Part shown: positions 57,709 through 64,000 of the stretch, one piece after another | How positions within the stretch are numbered: position 1 is the first letter of the stretch | Layout: every line of letters starts with the position of its first letter | DNA from: a virus | Length of the DNA stretch: 64,000 bases | Virus record (IMG/VR): IMGVR_UViG_3300047564_005433 | Location: 9,392 to 73,391 of that record | Strand: one strand, 5' to 3' | Made by a program: the position numbers and the translations under genes | The notes under the pieces: generated by a model | What the model was told of the DNA's origin: nothing | The model's database searches: none | Seen by the model: only the letters and a program-made list of their open reading frames with translations

Positions 57709-59791
57709 CTTCAGCCTCCAGAATATCCTTGAAACGATCAGGAGCTTCCTCCTTCCATTGATTCAATGCAGCGTCAATGTCTTCTGGACTAATCAGCGAT
57801 GCTTCGTCCACGTCAGAAAGGATGAGACCTTCCACTTTCATGGGCTCAAGCGCATCAACTTTGCTGCTCACATTTTTGGCTGGTCCTTTGCGCTCTGGAT
57901 TGGGATCTGCCTTACGCTTGCGAGCAACAATTGTTTGCCGCTCTTCTTTGCTCATAGCTTGAGCCTTGGCCTGAGGAAGGCATTTAGGCTTGCCTTCTTT
58001 CTCTTCACGAGCGCCACATGGGCCAAGGATTTCGCCATTGGCACCAATTCTCACCCATTTTTCCTTGAACCACTTATCAAGATCATCAGCATGAAGCTCT
58101 TGCTCGTCGTTCTTAAAGGCTCCGCTCAATGAACCGTGCTTCTTCTTGTACATTTGCTTGTACTGTTGCACGACGTAGCCGCTGGCATAAGCAGACGGCC
58201 ACACCTTGAACTTGGCCTTGGCAGCACTCACTGCTCGTGAATGCAATGCTTCGTCAGTAAATTTTACGTCGCCACGCACTTTCTCAAGATCGCCAGGCAA
58301 ATAAAGGCCTGCGGCGTCTTCTCGGCTGTCCTCTACTTCCCTGCTCCCGTCCATGGGAAGCGTGCCATTCTCCTCATTCATGGGATCGCGGCCACCAGGA
58401 GGCACTGCCATCTTTCCAGAACCACCCCCATCCTGAGTGGAACCACCCCCGGCTTGAGTGGGAAGTTCCCGCACTACGGACGGGTCAAGCGTAAGCTCCA
58501 TGCTCCATTCGGAACCGCCATAGCGAGCATCTGCCACCTCCTTCGGACTCAGCACGCCTAGCTGAATGTAGCGGCCATCCACAGCCGCCACACGCGCCCG
58601 CACGTCCGCCATTTCGCGCTCATTAAGCTCAAACAATGGATTAAAGGAGATGCGCCATGATTCGGGCAGTTCTCCTTTCGTCGGCCCTTCTTTGCTCAGC
58701 ATGATGTATTCAAGCAGCTTCTTCATCGGGCGCTTGAAATGAACGCTTTGATAATCAGCCAGCGTCTTTGCAAAATCACGCTCTTCACTGCGACCAGTGG
58801 AACCAAGTCCGCCAGGGCTTTCACCAAACAAAACAGTGTGAGGAATCTTGCTGGCGCCAATAATATCAACGCGCAGCTTCTCCAAGATTTCTCCAATGCC
58901 ACCAAAGTTGCGACTAATGAATTCAAGCTCTTCTTTCTCCGCATCAATCGCATAGCCGCGATAAATGCTCTTGCTCATATCATTCACTTGCAGGCGGTCA
59001 CGGATGGAGCTTTCCTTGCCAGCAGCAAGCATTGCCGCAAGTCCCCTCACTTTGTGAACAAAAATATCAAACTCCGTGAGAAGCGTGGCTGCTGAATTCA
59101 AGCCAGTCCAATAATGCCGAAAACTGTCATAAACAGTTTGCAAACTGCTCATACCCCACCCATAGTTCCTTTGCCTCACGCGATAGGGCAGCCAGTCTCC
59201 GTCAAAACGAAGAATCCTATCTTTGTGAATATAAGCGAGTTGTGGCTGGTTAATTAAATCACCAGAGATGATCTGATAATAATTGGCTTTTGAATAGTCG
59301 TAGAGGTTTTCTTCGTTGATAACTGGTGCAATTTGCCATCTATCAAGACATTCAATTTCTTCAACGCGACGGATGTTACGTTTATCGACAGGCATGTAAG
59401 CGGGACGCCCATCGTCAATAAAAAGAAGTAGACAAGCACCCCCGTAAAGGCGGGAGTTTTTGGCTGCGAGGTTGAGGTGTTCAAGGATGTATAAGTCTTC
59501 AATTACTTGCTCAATGCCTTGCACTTCTTCGGCTCTAACGCCTTCTCCGCCAAACAATACTTTGAAGCCTTTGCGAGTGGCTTGATCAGCATAAATGTCA
59601 ACAATACGACGAGGAAGCCATTCCCCATAAAGATTTTCTAGTTCTTCTTGCGCAAGAAAAACAGTGGCTGTAGTTTTAGTATATTGCCCTTTATCACGGC
59701 CAGTGCCCATGCCGATGAGCACGTTTTGAAGACCATCAGCTCGCACGCCGCCACTGCCAACGTGGCCGAGATCAATTGCTTCGCCTTCCAT
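57692..59791 (-). CDS. Portal protein (DUF1073 family) with extra C-terminal domains
   Basis: RIVD..A..A.R.G, RLYGG, IH.DR, IP.T.LFG.SP.GL..TG, FNPL; ~250 aa extension. Confidence 0.88.
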   Translation of the reverse strand: MEGEAIDLGHVGSGGVRADGLQNVLIGMGTGRDKGQYTKTTATVFLAQEELENLYGEWLPRRIVDIYADQATRKGFKVLFGGEGVRAEEVQGIEQVIEDLYILEHLNLAAKNSRLYGGACLLLFIDDGRPAYMPVDKRNIRRVEEIECLDRWQIAPVINEENLYDYSKANYYQIISGDLINQPQLAYIHKDRILRFDGDWLPYRVRQRNYGWGMSSLQTVYDSFRHYWTGLNSAATLLTEFDIFVHKVRGLAAMLAAGKESSIRDRLQVNDMSKSIYRGYAIDAEKEELEFISRNFGGIGEILEKLRVDIIGASKIPHTVLFGESPGGLGSTGRSEERDFAKTLADYQSVHFKRPMKKLLEYIMLSKEGPTKGELPESWRISFNPLFELNEREMADVRARVAAVDGRYIQLGVLSPKEVADARYGGSEWSMELTLDPSVVRELPTQAGGGSTQDGGGSGKMAVPPGGRDPMNEENGTLPMDGSREVEDSREDAAGLYLPGDLEKVRGDVKFTDEALHSRAVSAAKAKFKVWPSAYASGYVVQQYKQMYKKKHGSLSGAFKNDEQELHADDLDKWFKEKWVRIGANGEILGPCGAREEKEGKPKCLPQAKAQAMSKEERQTIVARKRKADPNPERKGPAKNVSSKVDALEPMKVEGLILSDVDEASLISPEDIDAALNQWKEEAPDRFKDILEAEDARPE

Positions 59792-59857
59792 AAGCTTCCT
59801 TTATGGCCATGGTGTATTGCTTTTATTCTAGAAGCTGGCTACATTGGCACGTAGCTC

Positions 59858-60373
59858 ATGCACACTATGGCCAGCTTTGGTATTGTTTTCCATTTCAGCG
59901 AAGAAGACAAGGAGCTTGTACGGACGGAAGCGGTACGCAGGCAGCGTTTTAACGAGAAAAAGGGCTTAAAAGGACGCAATGGAGGGCCAGAACAGGGGGA
60001 GAAAGCTCTTTTCATTCACAAGCTTGGCGCCGCTGGCGAGCTAGCAGTGGCAGATTATCTCCATCTACGGGAGTTTCTCTACCAAGAAACAGAAGCAAAG
60101 CGAGGGTCTTTTGACCTGCCTCCCAACATTGATGTGAAGACGCGCTCGCGCCATGACTACGATCTCATTTGTCAATTGGACGAGAAGCCTGGAAAAACCT
60201 TAGTGTTGGTTACAATTCAAAACAAAATCACTCTTCTCCATGGATGGATAAAGAGTGAAGATGCAATGCAGGAACGATGGAAGAAGGATCCCGCCCATGG
60301 CAGACCAGCTTATTTTGTCCCCTCTTCTGAATTGCATTCCCTTGTAGACTTGCGCCATGCTGAAATGTTCTGA
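59858..60373 (+). CDS. PD-(D/E)XK-like hypothetical nuclease
   Basis: G..GE.AVA.YL...D.....IDVKT. Confidence 0.5.
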   Translation: MHTMASFGIVFHFSEEDKELVRTEAVRRQRFNEKKGLKGRNGGPEQGEKALFIHKLGAAGELAVADYLHLREFLYQETEAKRGSFDLPPNIDVKTRSRHDYDLICQLDEKPGKTLVLVTIQNKITLLHGWIKSEDAMQERWKKDPAHGRPAYFVPSSELHSLVDLRHAEMF

Positions 60374-61724
60374 CTTCTCCAAACACGCCCTAAAGCTGGA
60401 TCTCTATCCTCGGCAGGCGAAGATTCTCGATAATTTCTTTCAACCAGATAAGAGCCATGCAGTGTGGGCGCTTGGGCGAAGATCAGGCAAAACTGTCATG
60501 GCAGCAGTAGCTTGCGTGTATATGTGCTTTGTCTTGGAAGATGAATATCGTAGGCGCGTAAGGAAAGGAGAGAAATGGTACATCGTGACGGTGGCAAACA
60601 GTCAAGATCAGGCTCGCATTGCCCTCAATAACATTCGCCAGCTCATTCTTGATAGCCCCTTTGCTCAAGAGATTGTCCGCGAAACTGCCGACATTATTGA
60701 ACTAAGCAACAATTGCGTGTTTAAGGCTATTCCCACTTCGGGAAGAGCTGCTCGTGGTCTTGCTTGTGCAGGAGCCGTGTTTGACGAACTTGCATTTGCC
60801 ACTGAAGGCGATGCGAATAGTGGTGGCCGTGGCATTTATGACGCACTTTCTCCTGCCATTGCCCAGTTCGGAGGGAAAGGGCGCATCCTTGAACTTTCCT
60901 CTCCATGGTTAACAGACGGCATCTTCTATCAACATTTCAAAGAAGCAAGCTCAGGCCGTTTTCCTTTTATGCAAGCAGTGAATCTCCCAACGTGGGAGAT
61001 GAACCCAAGCATTTCGCAAGAGTTTCTTGATACAGAGAGACAGCGCGACCCTGAGAAGTTTAAAGTTGAATATGGCGCTCAGTTCGCTAGTAATCTTTCT
61101 GCCCTTGTGGCCAGTGATGTAATTGATGCTTGTGTTGATGATCGCCGTGCAGCACTGCCTCCTCGCCCCGAATTCCAAGGTGCTTATGTACTTGCCCTTG
61201 ACCCCGCCCGTGGTGGCGTTGGCCGTGACGACTACACTGCTTGTATTGTTCACTATGAGAACGGCACGCTAGTCGTAGACAAGTTTCATTCTTTCGTGGC
61301 TGATTTTGAAATCAATGGAAGAATGGAAGTAAATATTAATGCAGTGGAAGATTGGATTAAGGAACAGCATCGTCTGTACGTCTTCGACACCATTGTGATG
61401 GACCAGTTCAACAGCGCTGGCACCATTCAAAGCCTTGCCAGCGACCTTCCCATCACGGAACTCACTTGGACTGTTAGCTCCAAGATGAAAGCATTCAGCA
61501 AGATGCGAGAGTTGTTTAATGCAGGGCAGATCAATGTCTATCGCCATGAGAAAGCAATCATGCAATTAAAGAATCTCACTGTCATCTATAAGCCCAGCGG
61601 ACAATGGAGTGTAACTGGTGGCAAGGCATCAGGAATTGACGACTTGGCCTTTGCAATGGCAGGTGCAATTCTTGCTGCAAGTAAAGACGACGACATCGGA
61701 TGGATTGAAAGCCTAATCTCCTAG
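60357..61724 (+). CDS. terL: Terminase large subunit
   Basis: GRRSGKT Walker A, VFDE Walker B, SSP, LDPA nuclease, DDL..A. Confidence 0.9.
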   Translation: MLKCSDFSKHALKLDLYPRQAKILDNFFQPDKSHAVWALGRRSGKTVMAAVACVYMCFVLEDEYRRRVRKGEKWYIVTVANSQDQARIALNNIRQLILDSPFAQEIVRETADIIELSNNCVFKAIPTSGRAARGLACAGAVFDELAFATEGDANSGGRGIYDALSPAIAQFGGKGRILELSSPWLTDGIFYQHFKEASSGRFPFMQAVNLPTWEMNPSISQEFLDTERQRDPEKFKVEYGAQFASNLSALVASDVIDACVDDRRAALPPRPEFQGAYVLALDPARGGVGRDDYTACIVHYENGTLVVDKFHSFVADFEINGRMEVNINAVEDWIKEQHRLYVFDTIVMDQFNSAGTIQSLASDLPITELTWTVSSKMKAFSKMRELFNAGQINVYRHEKAIMQLKNLTVIYKPSGQWSVTGGKASGIDDLAFAMAGAILAASKDDDIGWIESLIS

Positions 61725-61758
61725 TATGATTTTCAAACAATAGTTCTCTCATAACGCG

Positions 61759-62022
61759 ATGAGCTGTAATTTAACTATGCAAGAGACTCAGTTTCTTGTT
61801 GCACTATTAATGAATGGCACCACTAGCAAGCAAACTTGCCTTCAGCTTCTTGCTGCCGAGCACCTCTATATTCCCACGCTCCTGCCCAAACTCAAGGCTC
61901 ATGCAAAGCAGCTAAGACAAGCTGAGCTTGCTGCCCTGGAAAGCGATGGGGGAGAAGAAGATGACTATTGCCGAGACCGCAGCTTTCCCGAAGAGCAATC
62001 CTTAAGAGAATATGACGCCTAA
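61759..62022 (+). CDS. Hypothetical protein
   Basis: ATG ORF after TerL. Confidence 0.5.
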   Translation: MSCNLTMQETQFLVALLMNGTTSKQTCLQLLAAEHLYIPTLLPKLKAHAKQLRQAELAALESDGGEEDDYCRDRSFPEEQSLREYDA

Positions 62023-62045
62023 ACCTAGGCATGTTATGATTTCAA

Positions 62046-62192
62046 AGCTTTCGCGAAGCACGCTGGCCAGCGTTGGATCAACAAGGAGCAATGGTTTCAG
62101 GCGCCATTGTTCTGTATCAGGGGAAGAGGGGAGCAGGCCGACCTGCTCTGAAATGTCGTACAAAGCGGATTGAAGCCCCGCTCGACGCCCTC
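62046..62192 (+). ncRNA. Putative structured non-coding RNA
   Basis: Extended -10 TGnTATGAT at 62032-62040, then five consecutive hairpins. Confidence 0.4.
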
Positions 62193-62227
62193 AACTTCCT
62201 CTAGCCTCCCCTTTGCTACACTGATGG

Positions 62228-62282
62228 TACGTTCACCCCGCAAGGGGCGCATGACCTGCTGGGCCACGGAACGGGGGCCTGC
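62228..62282 (+). promoter_or_regulatory. Glutamine riboswitch (downstream-peptide / glnA-type)
   Basis: CGTTCA-CCCC-GCAA-GGGG-CGCA...CGGAACG consensus; TGcTACACT -10 just upstream; DUF4278-like ORF downstream. Confidence 0.75.
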
Positions 62283-62298
62283 ATCATCGGGAACCATC

Positions 62299-62418
62299 AT
62301 GAACCCTCTTGCTTTGATTAAAGAGCAGATTGAAAAAGCTGCTCGTCTACGTGCTGCGCAACACGCATCGCTTGTCTATCGCGGCGTCGCCTACGTGCCC
62401 AAGCCTCATTGGTTTTGA
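62299..62418 (+). CDS. DUF4278-like peptide (GS inactivating factor-related)
   Basis: MNPLALIKEQIEKAARLRAAQHASLVYRGVAY; L.YRG..Y signature. Confidence 0.75.
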   Translation: MNPLALIKEQIEKAARLRAAQHASLVYRGVAYVPKPHWF

Positions 62419-62650
62419 CAAATCTCTGGCTTTAGGCTTTAATACGGGGGCGCGAGCCCCCTTTCCTTTTCTCACCATGGCAAGAAAATTTCGTCCGCTA
62501 CAACCGCGAAAACGTGGAGGCAAAATGTCAATGTTGCGTCAATGCTCGCGCAACTCTCGCAAAACACAAAAGCAACAAAAAGGCAAAACAGATGGAGGAG
62601 GCGGAAGCCTTGTTCTTCTAGCCTTGCTTTTTGGACTTTCTTGAGGGAGT

Positions 62651-62866
62651 TTAAGCTCCTTTTTTTATTACCTGAACGCAACTAGATGGTTGCCTATCGT
62701 CCCAGTGGCGCCAAGCATTTGCCACAATCGCCACGTTTGTGATTAAATATGAGGCAAAAATAAATGTGCGAACAAGAGCTACTCTGTCGGCTTCTTTATG
62801 ACAACTGCTCTCCTTTGCTCCCAATGCCTTCGCCCAAATTCGCCACGCCTTGTTCTTCTTGCTCAT
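62651..62866 (-). CDS. Small membrane protein
   Basis: WRIWAKALG.K....EAD.VA..RT motif plus TM helix. Confidence 0.6.
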   Translation of the reverse strand: MSKKNKAWRIWAKALGAKESSCHKEADRVALVRTFIFASYLITNVAIVANAWRHWDDRQPSSCVQVIKKGA

Positions 62867-63044
62867 AAATCCAAGCCTTCAGCTCTCTGACATACTGTCT
62901 AATGATGGCAGCTTTTTCAAGATGCCACTGGTCCATGGTGAGAAAATACTGGGCATTGTGCCAATCAATGGCTCGTAACGATTGATAAATAATGGGATTG
63001 AGCGGCTCACGCAGGGGAGTATTGAAAGTCCGGCGCTCTGTCAT
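62796..63044 (-). CDS. Hypothetical protein
   Basis: Operonic ORF. Confidence 0.55.
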   Translation of the reverse strand: MTERRTFNTPLREPLNPIIYQSLRAIDWHNAQYFLTMDQWHLEKAAIIRQYVRELKAWIYEQEEQGVANLGEGIGSKGEQLS

Positions 63045-63564
63045 TGGAGGAGAAATAAAGCATCGCCTCGTCCCAATGAATGGGCGCGAAGTTGTGTTGT
63101 TCTACACAACAATTAAGATAGCGCCTATCCAAGCCTCCATCAGGAAGCCTTACGTTATGACTATGCAAATGCCCGTGAATATTTCCTTTAAATCTTTGTT
63201 CAAACAATTCTGGATGGAGAGGAATATGACTCAGCATAAATTCATGGTGATAAAAGCATCCACGAATGTCATCGAAATACTGAGCATAATCTTGTAGCTT
63301 GAAAATATCGTGATTACCTCTTACTAGCACTTTCCTTCCATTGAGCTGCTCTAAGACCTTTAAGCCACGGCGAGCGATTGCCACGTCACCAAGCACATAG
63401 ATGCGATCCTTAGGCTTCACTCGTTTGTTCCATTGTTCCACCATGAAAGCATCACCCTCTTCTGCATTCTGAAATGGACGGACTTTCTCTCCATCTGACC
63501 GGAGAAAGCTATACATTTTCTCGTGGCAGAAATGATTGTCTGACGTGAGCCAGCAGTTAATCAT
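63007..63564 (-). CDS. Calcineurin-like metallophosphoesterase
   Basis: SD.HF.H, LGD, GNHD, SH.P, HGHLH. Confidence 0.9.
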   Translation of the reverse strand: MINCWLTSDNHFCHEKMYSFLRSDGEKVRPFQNAEEGDAFMVEQWNKRVKPKDRIYVLGDVAIARRGLKVLEQLNGRKVLVRGNHDIFKLQDYAQYFDDIRGCFYHHEFMLSHIPLHPELFEQRFKGNIHGHLHSHNVRLPDGGLDRRYLNCCVEQHNFAPIHWDEAMLYFSSNDRAPDFQYSPA

Positions 63565-63767
63565 TAGTTAAACTCCTCCACTACCTTGGTTTTTACCACG
63601 CCTTTCCTGTCAGCTTCTTGCAGCTCAAGACCACGCTTGAAAGCTTCTGCAAACGTACCAAACAATCCAGCGTATTCCCACCAAAACCACACCCTTTTCT
63701 CCACTTCAAAAATGGGCTTGCTTGGATCTGCAAAAGAAGGCTTCTCAACAATGCGATAGCGAGCCAT
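63564..63767 (-). CDS. Hypothetical protein
   Basis: Operonic ORF. Confidence 0.55.
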   Translation of the reverse strand: MARYRIVEKPSFADPSKPIFEVEKRVWFWWEYAGLFGTFAEAFKRGLELQEADRKGVVKTKVVEEFN

Positions 63768-63769
63768 AA

Positions 63770-63837
63770 GGCGCTGCCGGGAATCGAACCACGGAATTCT
63801 AGGCTATGTGCCTAACGTGTGCCAACACTTCAGGGCC
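63770..63837 (-). tRNA. Degenerate tRNA-like element (CAT anticodon)
   Basis: GGCCCTG/CAGCGCC acceptor, GTGT/ACAC D-arm, TTAGG-CACATAG-CCTAG, GGTTCGATTCC T-loop. Confidence 0.55.
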
Positions 63838-64000
63838 AGGAGCCCCCTGTTTGAGCATCATCTCTAGAGACCATTTTGTTGGCGCCAACAAATTGGTCTC
63901 CGCCTGAGAGCTAAGCTTGGGGGCGAATCACGCAAACGCGGCGACCAGAAATTTCCAGTCCGTGCGCTGCTCTCCATTGACAGAGCAATGGAGGGAAGTG

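Larger units (their letters stand above)
1..64000. mobile_element. Tailed dsDNA phage genome segment (siphovirus-like, probable cyanophage)
   Basis: TerL, portal, major capsid, tail tube, tape measure, tail fibre, endolysin and primase-helicase are all present; no host housekeeping genes seen. Confidence 0.95.

Noticed and set aside
62645-62670. A AAA AAA at the end of ORF 62651-62866 with an open -1 frame (62472-62681)
   Set aside because: The same bases form the T-run of a plausible + strand terminator (GGAG/CTCC + T7), and the -1 product does not look protein-like
1-64000. Apparent abundance of CAATGG/CCATTG, AAGCTT and GGCGCC
   Set aside because: Cannot be quantified by eye and may reflect codon usage; needs a Markov-corrected k-mer count

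Overview
This 64 kb window is part of a tailed dsDNA phage genome with siphovirus-type morphogenesis genes. It is most likely a cyanophage infecting picocyanobacteria, based on a glutamine (downstream-peptide-type) riboswitch driving a DUF4278-like peptide, an NblA-like ORF and cyanophage-like small ORFs. Layout: 1-8.7 kb, small accessory ORFs (orphan HicA-like toxin, RlpA-like transglycosylase, TerS candidate); 8.8-19.4 kb, replication, recombination and nucleotide metabolism (primase-helicase, Sak-like annealase, exonuclease, dcd, thyX, HNH nucleases); 19.5-21.3 kb, lysis; 21.5-46 kb, tail genes with a tyrosine recombinase near the tail fibre gene; 46-59.8 kb, head genes interrupted by a seven-gene glycosylation/sugar-modification cluster; 60-64 kb, TerL, structured RNAs, a phosphoesterase and a degenerate tRNA. 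Leading candidates for novelty: (1) the glycosylation cluster inside the head module; (2) small genes separated by a conserved TAGT-N7-ACT motif overlapping their stop codons, with related sites around the tail fibre and recombinase; (3) three putative -1 frameshift sites, two outside the tail chaperone; (4) an R/K-x-D motif and portal-fused cargo domains across the head proteins; (5) two structured RNAs sharing a promoter; (6) an NDT-HNH fusion flanked by a duplication. All calls are by eye from motifs and context; no searches or folding programs were run.
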